From contig OZ245015.1 of assembly GCA_965223705.1 (NCBI GenBank), positions 1,952,001 through 2,016,000 on the forward strand: a DNA stretch of 64,000 bases, given 5' to 3'. The notes beneath the pieces were generated by a model. It ran no database searches. It saw nothing but the letters and a program-made list of their open reading frames with translations, and was not told the DNA's origin. Below, in pieces: positions 9,138 to 17,717 of this stretch; position 1 is the stretch's first letter, and each line of letters starts with the position of its first letter. This stretch comes from Myxococcota bacterium (GTDB taxonomy: Bacteria > Myxococcota_A > UBA9160 > UBA6930). Both the position numbers and the translations under genes were made by a program.

Positions 9138-10058
9138 CTAGACGTAGTTCCCGCTGCGGGTCTGCGGCAGGCGATTGTTCGCCTTGCGGAAGCGATCGAC
9201 TTCGTCGAGCAAGTCCTGTGTCGAGACGGGTCCCACCGGTTCGTCGATCGACTCCGTCCGCGCTTTTCGCCGCAACACGCCGTGCATGAGCTGGATCCAT
9301 TCGCCGGTGGACGGACCCCGGAAGCGCCGGACCACTTGCTCCCAGTCGACCGCTTCAAACAGCGACCGGCCCGCGCGCTTCTCGGCGCGTGCGGCATGGA
9401 TCTTCAGCGCCGCCACAATGTCGTCGGGGTACTTCGGCGTCACCTCGACCACGCGCTCAAAGCGCCCCGCCGAAAAAAATGCGGGCCTGAGGGTGTCCGG
9501 GTAGGCCGTCGAGCCCACGACGAGCACTTGCTCCGCCGCGATCGCGCGATCGACGAAATCGAGCATGAAATCCATGATGGGGCCGATCGGGAGATCGGTC
9601 CGTCGTTCGCCGATTTCCTTCGCTTGAGAGAACTCGAGCTCTTCGAAGTAGACCGTGATGTTCGGCATGTCGGCGAGTACATCGGTCCAGGCTTGGATGA
9701 GCTCACCCGCCTTCGTGCCGGAATGAACGATATCGAGCACCAGCTGCGGGACGCGAATGCGCAGGGAAGGCGTGTCCGCCCGGGTGGCCAAAGCCCGTGC
9801 CAGGAGGCCCTTGCCCACGCCGACGCCGCCGATGAGCAGCAGACCCGAGGGCGGGTGCGTCCCCCAGTTGGCGTAGACTTCCGGGTTCGTGATGGCGCAG
9901 GCGTAGGTGAGCACCTCTTCCTGCGCTTCCGCCAGCCCGCCGATGTCGTCGGGACTCACTTGTGGGTCGGCCAGAAGCACCGTCGCCCGGTCGAGGGCCG
10001 CGTGCTTGCGCGTCGCGCTCGTCCATAGGTTTTGTGCACGGATTCGGTGGTCGTCCAT
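9138..10058 (-). CDS. Classic-clade AAA+ domain protein with degenerate catalytic motifs
   Basis: DIGGL, PPSGLLLIGGVGVGKG, VYFEELE, STAYPDTLRPAFFSAGRFE; start trimmed to MDDHR. Confidence 0.75.
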   Translation of the reverse strand: MDDHRIRAQNLWTSATRKHAALDRATVLLADPQVSPDDIGGLAEAQEEVLTYACAITNPEVYANWGTHPPSGLLLIGGVGVGKGLLARALATRADTPSLRIRVPQLVLDIVHSGTKAGELIQAWTDVLADMPNITVYFEELEFSQAKEIGERRTDLPIGPIMDFMLDFVDRAIAAEQVLVVGSTAYPDTLRPAFFSAGRFERVVEVTPKYPDDIVAALKIHAARAEKRAGRSLFEAVDWEQVVRRFRGPSTGEWIQLMHGVLRRKARTESIDEPVGPVSTQDLLDEVDRFRKANNRLPQTRSGNYV

Positions 10059-10089
10059 GGCGGGGAGGGTAGCGGCTATCCTCGGCCCC

Positions 10090-10719
10090 GTGTCCGTAGA
10101 ACTCACGCCGAGGGAAATCGCGAAGGGCCGCCGCTACTTGCGAAGCGCCGATCCCGTGATGGCGGAGCTCATCGCGAGAGTCGGACCCTGCAAGCTCGAG
10201 CCGAAAGGGCGCCCGTATCGCTACCTGATGCGCGCCGTCCTGCACCAACAGCTCGCCGTCGCAGCCGCGGCGAAGATCGAAGGACGCGTGCGGGCCCTCG
10301 GCCGCGGTCAGATTCCGGCGGCGGCGCGGATCCCGTCGATTTCCGATCAGGCCTTCCGCGAAGCCGGGCTGTCGCGTCAGAAGATCGCGGCATTCCGCTC
10401 GATCGCCGAAGCGTTCGAGAGCGGCCTCGTGCGACCCGCCGCCCTACCGCGCATGTCCAACGAAGAAGTGCTCGCGTGTGTGACCCAGATCCGCGGTGTC
10501 GGCGAGTGGACCGGCCACATGCTGCTCCTCGCTTCGCTCGGCCGTCGCGACATCCTGCCCGTGGGCGATTACGGCATCCAGAAAGCCGCCGAGAACGTCT
10601 ACGGCCTAAAGACGCTGCCGAAACGTAAAGAACTCGAGGCGCTCGCCGAACCCTGGCGCCCCTACGCCAGCATCGCGAGCTGGTACCTCTGGCGCTCCCA
10701 CGATTTGCCGGGCGCCTAG
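10090..10719 (+). CDS. DNA-3-methyladenine glycosylase II (AlkA/HhH-GPD family)
   Basis: QQL..AAA, GLSRQK, IRGVGEWT, LPVGDYG, WRPYASIASWYLW. Confidence 0.9.
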   Translation: MSVELTPREIAKGRRYLRSADPVMAELIARVGPCKLEPKGRPYRYLMRAVLHQQLAVAAAAKIEGRVRALGRGQIPAAARIPSISDQAFREAGLSRQKIAAFRSIAEAFESGLVRPAALPRMSNEEVLACVTQIRGVGEWTGHMLLLASLGRRDILPVGDYGIQKAAENVYGLKTLPKRKELEALAEPWRPYASIASWYLWRSHDLPGA

Positions 10720-10770
10720 CTCGCGCCCTCGCCGGAACGCCCCCCGTTCGCCATAATCCGCGCCACCGGC

Positions 10771-10846
10771 GTCCCCATCGTCTAGTGGTCTAGGACTCCG
10801 CCCTTTCAAGGCGGCAACACGGGTTCGAGTCCCGTTGGGGACGCCA
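10771..10846 (+). tRNA. tRNA-Glu (anticodon TTC), CCA encoded
   Basis: GTCCCCA acceptor pairs with TGGGGAC; anticodon arm CCGCC-CTTTCAA-GGCGG; T-arm GGTTCGAGTCC; CATAAT -10-like box at 10752-10757. Confidence 0.97.
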
Positions 10847-11044
10847 ACTTTCATCACAATCTCATGTGCTCCGGCGACCGCCTTCGACGTGGTACCGGTG
10901 GGGCTATGCGCTCGCGTCCCCGCAACTCTTGATGCCACCGGATCGGTGGTCGACCCAAACCTGGGTCGTTAGGTTGCGCGATGGGGGGTGGGCCGATGTC
11001 TCGACCGCTCAGCCTGTTTGTCTCATGCCTTCTTCCTGCGCTGA

Positions 11045-11293
11045 CAGCTCGTCCGCGGATTCGAGTTCCACATCGACAGTAGATTCTCCGTCCTCAAGGG
11101 AGAGAAGGAAGTGCTGAACCGCGTCTACCACGGCGAAGGAGTCGGGCATTTCGCGCAGACTGCGCTAGGTGGCGCTTTCGCGATGAAGTCATCGATGAGA
11201 AAGACGACGAACGAGGCGATGCGGAACCTCTTTGAGCAGTTTCGCGAAGACCTCCGGAAGGAATGCACCGTCGTGCCGTGTTCGGATGAGTAG
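11045..11293 (+). pseudogene. Probable 5'-truncated gene remnant (or a 60-aa ORF from GTG 11111)
   Basis: Open frame QLVRGFEFHIDSRFSVLKGEKEVLNRVYHGEG...NLFEQFREDL begins right after a TGA and looks like a protein C-terminal half. Confidence 0.4.
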
Positions 11294-11394
11294 CTGTCAA
11301 GCCCTCGCACCAACCCGCGGCGCTGGATCCGCATGCGGGGATTTCCCGGTATCGCGTTGACCTTCTCCCCCGCTTCGTGCGTACTACCCGGGCG

Positions 11395-11898
11395 ATGTAC
11401 TTCTGGAACCTCGAAGCGCTGAAACAAGAGTTACGCGCTGGTCACCTCGGCAATGAGGCCGCGCTCCGCTACCTGCTGTGGTACGGCGGCGTCGTTTTAG
11501 TGGCCTTCACATTCCCTTACGCGGATAGTTGGACCCACTGGGTCACGCCGGCGTGGCTGGCTGTGGAGATCCTGGTCTTCGTGCTGGGCACGCTCCGCGT
11601 CTACAGGTTGAACGGGAGCGCGTTGGGTACTGACTTTCTTGGGCGCTACGTCTCACTGAGCTGGGTGTTCGGCCTTCGCTTTATAGTTCTTGTGAGCATA
11701 CCGGCGACAGTGGCCCTCGTTCTGTGCGAGTCCATGGTTATCGGCGACGACGCGGAAGGCGATACCGTTCTCGGCGCGTTGGTCGGCATCGGCCTGTCGG
11801 CTGCCTACTATTGGCGACTCGGGGATCACTTCGAAGATCTTCGTGTCCAGGATAGGAGCGCGGACAGCAGTTTGGCCGGACCGCAATCGTTGGATTGA
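11395..11898 (+). CDS. Hypothetical integral membrane protein
   Basis: About 4 hydrophobic segments; NG..G.DFLGRYVSL motif; TTGACC at 11357 upstream. Confidence 0.7.
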   Translation: MYFWNLEALKQELRAGHLGNEAALRYLLWYGGVVLVAFTFPYADSWTHWVTPAWLAVEILVFVLGTLRVYRLNGSALGTDFLGRYVSLSWVFGLRFIVLVSIPATVALVLCESMVIGDDAEGDTVLGALVGIGLSAAYYWRLGDHFEDLRVQDRSADSSLAGPQSLD

Positions 11899-12132
11899 AG
11901 TGCACGGGCGCCGGTTCAAAGACCCGTGGGGCTCGCCTGATGTAACACCGTTTCCCGGTGGAAGAGCCCGCCGATACAACGCCCAGTACTGAACCAGACC
12001 CGAGCCTTGTTCGCCGCATTGCCGCGCCGCTTTCAAACGTGGTGCTAGTTGACTTGCCTTCTCTTTACCTTCTCTCTGGCCATCCCGAGGAGTATGCTCG
12101 TTCCATCATCTCCAATATCTAGGAGCAAACCA

Positions 12133-13893
12133 ATGGCCATGTTCGACACACTGATCAGACAGGGAACGATTGTCGATGGCACCCGCATGCCGAGGTACGT
12201 GGGCGACATCGGGATCAAGGACGGACGCATCGCGCGGATGGGAAAGTTGAACCCACGCGATGCGGATCGGGTGATCGACGCCGATGGACTTGTGGTGTGT
12301 CCGGGCTTCGTCGACCTGCACACCCACTACGACGCACAGCTCCACTGGGATCCCTACTGCACGATTTCGGGCTGGCACGGTGTGACGTCTGTGGCGATCG
12401 GCAACTGCGGCTTCGGCTTCGCTCCTGCGAAGCCCGAGCACCGCGAACGCCTGCTGCGCATGATGACGCGCACCGAGCAGATCCCCTACGAGACCATGGT
12501 CGCGTCGATGGGGCTCGACTGGGAGTGGGAAAGCCTTCCGCAGTGGATGGATCACCTGGATCGGATTCCCAAGGGCGTGAACGTCCTGAACTACGTGCCG
12601 CTCAACCCGCTTCTTGTCTACGTGCTGGGACTCGACGGTGCGAAAGACGGCCGCAAAGCGACACCGGAGGAGCTCGCGAGGCTGAAGGGCCTGCTCAACG
12701 AAGCCATGGACGCGGGCATGATGGGCTTCGGTGTGCAGCGCTTCGGCGTGAACTCCGTGCAGGCGGACTTTGACGGCACGCCGATGCCCACGGACGTGCT
12801 CCCGGACGAGACGCTGCTGGCGTTGTGCTCCGTGCTGGGGGAGCGCGGCGACGGCTTCATCCAAGTCGCGAACGCCACCAACGGTGACCCGATCAAGAAC
12901 AAGACGCCCGAAGACATCCTGTTCGTGGAGGAGATGGCGCGGGTTTCTCAACGACCCATTCTCTACAACGCGGTGATGGCGGTGGAGGAGGCGCCGAAAA
13001 TCCACCTGGAGGCCCTCGAGTGGCTGAAGAGCGCCAACGAGCGAGGGCTGCGGATCTTCGGTCAGGCGGTGTCGGTGCGAGCGCCCTTCCAGTTCACGCT
13101 GGAGCACTGGAACCTGTACGACTCCAGCCCGGCCTGGAACTACGCCACCCAGGGAAGCATCGAGGAGCGCATGCGCAAGCTGGCGGATCCCGACGTGCGT
13201 GCCCGAATGATGGCCGAAGACGAGGATCTGGTGACAGTGGGGGTCGGCGGGCCGATCGCGGGCGTCTCCGTGAAGGACACGCCGGGCCACCCGGAGCTGG
13301 CGAAGTACCACGGTCGCAAGATCGGTGACATCGCCAAGGAAGAAGGCAAGCACCCCGTCGAGGCCCTGGTCGACATCGGTCTCGCCGGTGAGCTGAAAAC
13401 CCTGTTCCTGACCGACGACATCGGCAGCACGGATCCCAAGAAGGTCGGCGCGCTGATCCGTGACCAGCATGTGATCCCGGGGCTATCCGATGGAGGCGCC
13501 CACACCAAGTTCTTCACGGGTGGCTCCTTCACAACGGACCTTCTCGCCTGGCTGGTTCGCGAGCGGGGCGAGCTGACCCTGGAGGATGCTCACTACCACC
13601 TGAGCTACCTGCCCTCACAGGCGGCCGGCTTCTCCGATCGCGGCTTCCTGCGCGAGGGGGCTCCCGCCGACATTGTGGTCTACGACTTCGAGAACCTGCG
13701 ACGGGTTCCCGAGCTCGACTACGAAATCGCTTGGGACTTCCCGGCTGACGAATGGCGCCGCATCCAGCGGGCCGAGGGCTACCGGCACATTTTCGTGAAC
13801 GGGGTCGAGACCTTCAGCGATGGCGTCTGCACCGACGAGACACCGGGCCAGCTGCTGCGGCTCCACCGTTGGCGCCAGAGCCAGGCGGCCTAG
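12133..13893 (+). CDS. Amidohydrolase (N-acyl-D-amino-acid deacylase-like)
   Basis: PGFVDLHTHYD, HGVTSV..GNCG, SDGGAH, ADIVVYD; SD AGGAG at 12121. Confidence 0.92.
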   Translation: MAMFDTLIRQGTIVDGTRMPRYVGDIGIKDGRIARMGKLNPRDADRVIDADGLVVCPGFVDLHTHYDAQLHWDPYCTISGWHGVTSVAIGNCGFGFAPAKPEHRERLLRMMTRTEQIPYETMVASMGLDWEWESLPQWMDHLDRIPKGVNVLNYVPLNPLLVYVLGLDGAKDGRKATPEELARLKGLLNEAMDAGMMGFGVQRFGVNSVQADFDGTPMPTDVLPDETLLALCSVLGERGDGFIQVANATNGDPIKNKTPEDILFVEEMARVSQRPILYNAVMAVEEAPKIHLEALEWLKSANERGLRIFGQAVSVRAPFQFTLEHWNLYDSSPAWNYATQGSIEERMRKLADPDVRARMMAEDEDLVTVGVGGPIAGVSVKDTPGHPELAKYHGRKIGDIAKEEGKHPVEALVDIGLAGELKTLFLTDDIGSTDPKKVGALIRDQHVIPGLSDGGAHTKFFTGGSFTTDLLAWLVRERGELTLEDAHYHLSYLPSQAAGFSDRGFLREGAPADIVVYDFENLRRVPELDYEIAWDFPADEWRRIQRAEGYRHIFVNGVETFSDGVCTDETPGQLLRLHRWRQSQAA

Positions 13894-13907
13894 CTCGCTT
13901 GGCTCCT

Positions 13908-13938
13908 AGCTGGCAGGGGAAGCTTTCCCCTGCCGGCT
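13908..13938. terminator. GC-rich hairpin between convergent genes
   Basis: AGCTGGCAGGGGAA-GCT-TTCCCCTGCCGGCT; no U-tract. Confidence 0.6.
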
Positions 13939-13945
13939 GGAAGCT

Positions 13946-14422
13946 CTACCGCGGAGGCTCGGTGGCGACGCTGAGCTTCGCCTCGAAGTACTCGCGGAAG
14001 CGCGGGTCGAAAACGTCCTTCGCGCTGTCCCACCACGCGCGGACGCCAGGCGACTCACCGAGCCGATCGAACTGGCGGCTGTACGAACCCCAGATCTCCG
14101 CGCTGAGCTCACGGCGCTCGTTCAGGAAGAAGTAGCTCTGGTGGGCGATGAGGACGCCTTGCCAATGGCACCCGTACCGGAACTTCTCGACGGGTGCGAG
14201 CGAGTTGTAGTCCAGGCCGCCCTTCAGCAGGAGGTCGGCCAGTTCGCGGTTTTGCGCCATCGCACCGTACCCAGCCATCGCCTCGTCCGCTCCGGCGATC
14301 TCCGCGCTGGAGGTCAGCGCACGGGTGTTCTGGCGGATCTGGACGGCGAGGTAGGCAATGGTGAGGACCACGGCAAGTGCCCCAACGACTTCACCGATGG
14401 CTCCGACGGCTTCCCAGTTCAC
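13946..14422 (-). CDS. Hypothetical protein with N-terminal membrane anchor (paralog 1 of 3)
   Basis: VNWEAVGAIGEVVGALAVVLTIAYLAVQIRQNT...PGVRAWW...F.P.FR; start trimmed by homology to its neighbours. Confidence 0.8.
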   Translation of the reverse strand: MNWEAVGAIGEVVGALAVVLTIAYLAVQIRQNTRALTSSAEIAGADEAMAGYGAMAQNRELADLLLKGGLDYNSLAPVEKFRYGCHWQGVLIAHQSYFFLNERRELSAEIWGSYSRQFDRLGESPGVRAWWDSAKDVFDPRFREYFEAKLSVATEPPR

Positions 14423-14538
14423 GGGTAACCTCGCGACAGATGGCCCTCGACCAACGGCTTGCAGGTTGTGTGTTGCTCGAACATTGCGAACACCTCGAAT
14501 ATCCCGGAAACCATCTCGTGAAGCAGCACGATCCGTGA

Positions 14539-15009
14539 TTACACGTCGATCGTCGACAAGATGCGTTTCTCGACGAACTCCCGGAACTCTGGAGTCAGAC
14601 TGAGCGGGTTTTCCTTCCACCACCTTCTCGCCCCGGGTTCCGAAAGCAGCGCCTTCATGGTCTTCTGCTCCGCGAGCCAGAGTTCTTCCTCTCCGGCCCC
14701 GCTGCGGCTCTGGTAGAAAATCGTCTCATGGACTCGGAAGGGCGCTAGAAACATGAACCCGTACTGAACGCGTTCTTGAGCGCTCAGTGATCCGAGGTCC
14801 CTGTTTCCCATTTCGAAGATCCGCGCGAGCTCCGGGTTGCCAGCCATCTGCAGGTTGATCGCATTGAACGAGTCGGTGATGGCGTGGAAGTTCGACGCCC
14901 GTGTGTCGCGCGTGTTTTGCCTGATCTGCAAACCGACGTAGACCAGCGACGCGACGACTGCGACACCTCCGATCAACTCCCCGATCGCCCCAAGCTCCAG
15001 GATGCCCAT
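14539..15009 (-). CDS. Hypothetical protein with N-terminal membrane anchor (paralog 2 of 3)
   Basis: MGILELGAIGELIGGVAVVASLVYVGLQIRQNT...PGARRWW...PEFREFVE; SD GGAGGAGG. Confidence 0.82.
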   Translation of the reverse strand: MGILELGAIGELIGGVAVVASLVYVGLQIRQNTRDTRASNFHAITDSFNAINLQMAGNPELARIFEMGNRDLGSLSAQERVQYGFMFLAPFRVHETIFYQSRSGAGEEELWLAEQKTMKALLSEPGARRWWKENPLSLTPEFREFVEKRILSTIDV

Positions 15010-15194
15010 GTATTTGCCCTCCTCCGAGGGGCTGATAGCACCACATCGCGTACGGGTCGCGTGCTACGGAGAACCAGCCCTACGCGCCATCTGGAAAATG
15101 ACCAGCCGCGTAGGAATGAAAGGGCTCCGCAAACGTATGGCTGTTCTCGGCCCAGTACCTCCGCCAACCCGTGCGAGTTGTGCGAGGTCCATGG

Positions 15195-15491
15195 CTACTC
15201 GTTTCCCGTTCGCGAAGCGTCGGAGAACACGGGGACGGCCGCTCCGGACGTGTCATCGATCAACGCTCGGAACCCCGGGGCGTATGCATTCCTCTGCTCG
15301 GCCCACCACGCCTGCGCTCCGGGCGCGGCAAAGATGCCTCGAATACGCATGGCCCAGGGCAGCCGCTGATAGCTCGCGGAGCGCGACGCCCGCGCGCTGT
15401 GCCGAACCTGGGCGGCGAGATAACCCAGGGTCGCAATCACGGCGACGCCCCCGACGAGCTCTCCGATCGCCCCGAGTTCCATGATGTTCAT
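15195..15491 (-). CDS. Paralog 3 of 3 with in-frame internal deletion (possible pseudogene)
   Basis: MNIMELGAIGELVGGVAVIATLGYLAAQVR...PGAQAWW...PGFR; central segment of about 65 aa missing; SD GGAGG. Confidence 0.7.
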   Translation of the reverse strand: MNIMELGAIGELVGGVAVIATLGYLAAQVRHSARASRSASYQRLPWAMRIRGIFAAPGAQAWWAEQRNAYAPGFRALIDDTSGAAVPVFSDASRTGNE

Positions 15492-15663
15492 ACCCAGTCC
15501 CTCCGTTTCAGGGGCTCATTGGACCACATCGGGTTCCTCTGCGCGTTCGCTGCCCCGGGGCGGCCGCGCTGGCAGGTCGTAGTGGTGCGGTCTGTTTAGC
15601 GAGCGGCGCAACAAAAGTTGCATCGCTCGCGTCCCGAGGCTCGAGTTGGCTGTCCGAACGCCG

Positions 15664-16176
15664 ATGAGTGTGGCAGGGTCTCGATTGGTGTTCGGTTGTT
15701 CGGCGAGTCGCTCGGTGTGGGGCACGGCCCTGGTTCTGGCGCTTCTGTTCGCGTCGGGTTGTTCGGTCTACATGGCCGCGAACCAACCGGGGAAGAAGGA
15801 CTTGAACGTCCTCGCAACCGGCACGAAACGCGTCACGGTCATCGGCGAGATCGGCGCGCCGATCCACTCCGAGATTCAAGACGGCAAGCGGGTCGACCTC
15901 TATGTCTTCCAGCAAGGCTTTTCCGAAGGCACGAAGGCTCTTCGGGCGTTCGGGCACGGCTTGCTCGACGTCGCCACGGTGGGAGCGTGGGAGCTTATTG
16001 GGACGCCGTACGAGGGTGCGACACGGGGCGACGAGATTCGCGTATTGGTGACGTACGACGATCAAGACCGCGTGCACAAGGTGAACTACTTGATCTCCAA
16101 CGCCGAGAGCGGAGACCTCCCGATCGATCGCCCGGAGGATCCGGCCGCCGAGGATGGATCGGGCGCTTCGCCGTGA
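15664..16176 (+). CDS. Putative lipoprotein
   Basis: Hydrophobic signal ending FASGC, followed by SVYMAANQP; start uncertain. Confidence 0.7.
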   Translation: MSVAGSRLVFGCSASRSVWGTALVLALLFASGCSVYMAANQPGKKDLNVLATGTKRVTVIGEIGAPIHSEIQDGKRVDLYVFQQGFSEGTKALRAFGHGLLDVATVGAWELIGTPYEGATRGDEIRVLVTYDDQDRVHKVNYLISNAESGDLPIDRPEDPAAEDGSGASP

Positions 16177-16793
16177 GAAAAGCGCTCTTGATTCTCTGCG
16201 CCCTCGGGTTGGGCGCCTTCCTCGCCGGCTGCACGTATTCCGTGGAGCCGCCGGCGCCGTCTGCAGCTGGCTTCGGGGATTGGCTCGAGCGCGACCACGG
16301 GAAGATCCCCATCGTGGTGGACGTTCCCGACCGATTGTCGTCGCTCAAGCCGCCGATGCCGATGTTCGCGAACAAGATCGTGATCCTGAACGTCGACGAT
16401 ACGTACACGAGGGCCGTCGCATTGGCCTCTCGGCTGACCGTCGGTACGCCCGAGCAAGCCGAAGCCGTTCCGTCGGAAGGCTTTGCCATCCGCGCAGAAC
16501 TCGAGGAGCTCGACTGTAGGCCGGCAATCGGTTTCGACGAACACCGGTGCAACGTCCAGGCCCGCTACACCCTCTACAACGGCGGGGAGAACGGTGTCCT
16601 TCGCGATTACCGAGCGGGGACGCGCACGACGGGCGCGGCCGGGAATCGCCCCCTGGAGCGAGAGGCTCCAATGGACGCTTATCGAAGCTCCGTCGGTCGC
16701 GCGGTCGCGCGCGCACTCATCGAGAACGCAAAGCACGGCCTGGAAGCGCTCGCTGAAAAGATGCCCGTAGCAGGCCCCGCTACAACTCCGTAG
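16173..16793 (+). CDS. Putative lipoprotein
   Basis: VRKALLILCALGLGAFLAGC with canonical LAGC lipobox; GTGA overlap with the upstream stop. Confidence 0.78.
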   Translation: MRKALLILCALGLGAFLAGCTYSVEPPAPSAAGFGDWLERDHGKIPIVVDVPDRLSSLKPPMPMFANKIVILNVDDTYTRAVALASRLTVGTPEQAEAVPSEGFAIRAELEELDCRPAIGFDEHRCNVQARYTLYNGGENGVLRDYRAGTRTTGAAGNRPLEREAPMDAYRSSVGRAVARALIENAKHGLEALAEKMPVAGPATTP

Positions 16794-16819
16794 CAGGGTC
16801 GAGCACGCGCTGCCCCGCC

Positions 16820-17614
16820 TCAGTCGAGCTTGTTCTCCGAGAGGAAGTCGATCACTCCCTGGCTCACGCCCTCCGGGTCGAAATAGGGCTCGAAATTCGA
16901 TCCCTTCACGTCGACAGCCTTCGCTTGGGGCATCGCTGCGACTGTGTTCTGGTGACCTGGGTAGAGCACGTCGTCCGGGGCGCACAGGAGGAGGGTCGGG
17001 CACTGGATTTTCTCGATGAAGAGATCGAAACGGTAGTCCCACACGCACCGGTAGATCATTCCGCGGACCTTCCAGGCGCGCAGCGCGGCGGAGAACTCGT
17101 CGTTCATATTGTCGAGATCCTCTTTGCCGCCGAGGTTGTAGATGTAGTCCCACGTGATCCTGAGGTATTCCGCTTCGTGGCTAGGCCCGACCGAGCCGCT
17201 GAACTCCTCGCGGTAGGGCTTGGCTTGCTCCTCGGTCAGAAGGAGGGCGCCCACCATCATGCAGGAGAGAACGCGATCGGGGTACAGGGACGCCATCTCG
17301 GCGGCCATTCCCGCGCCGGTGTGATTGCCGAACGCGTGGAACTTCTCGATTCCGAGAGCGTCGAGGAAATCCATCGTGTACTGGGTGAGGGCGCTGATCG
17401 AGTCGAATTCCGGAGGATCGAACGAGCCGCCAAAGCCCGGCAGGTCGGGAGCGATGCAGCGGTAGCGGGGGACCAGCTTCTCGAGGGTCCGCTCGTACCC
17501 TTTGGCGCCGCTCACGTTTTGGTGGAGGAACACGATCGGCGGCTTGTCCTCGGGGCCGCCGTAGTAGTAGTGCATCTGCCCGCTCGGCGTATCGGCGTAG
17601 GCTTTCTTGATCAT
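16820..17614 (-). CDS. Alpha/beta hydrolase-fold protein with non-canonical active site
   Basis: PPIVFLHQ, IAPDLPGFGGS; nucleophile elbow reads GNHTG; SD GGAGG. Confidence 0.85.
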   Translation of the reverse strand: MIKKAYADTPSGQMHYYYGGPEDKPPIVFLHQNVSGAKGYERTLEKLVPRYRCIAPDLPGFGGSFDPPEFDSISALTQYTMDFLDALGIEKFHAFGNHTGAGMAAEMASLYPDRVLSCMMVGALLLTEEQAKPYREEFSGSVGPSHEAEYLRITWDYIYNLGGKEDLDNMNDEFSAALRAWKVRGMIYRCVWDYRFDLFIEKIQCPTLLLCAPDDVLYPGHQNTVAAMPQAKAVDVKGSNFEPYFDPEGVSQGVIDFLSENKLD

Positions 17615-17717
17615 CGAGGTCCTCCGTGGCTGACGACTGGCCGCAGTATGGACGGAGATGGAGCCGCGGATCCAGCGATATGATGACGATTCGCGCGAGG
17701 TCGGGGACACTCGTCGC

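Noticed and set aside
13946..16793. Integron cassette array
   Set aside because: I found no RYYYAAC...GTTRRRY attC boundaries in the spacers and no integrase; the genes carry their own promoter-like elements.
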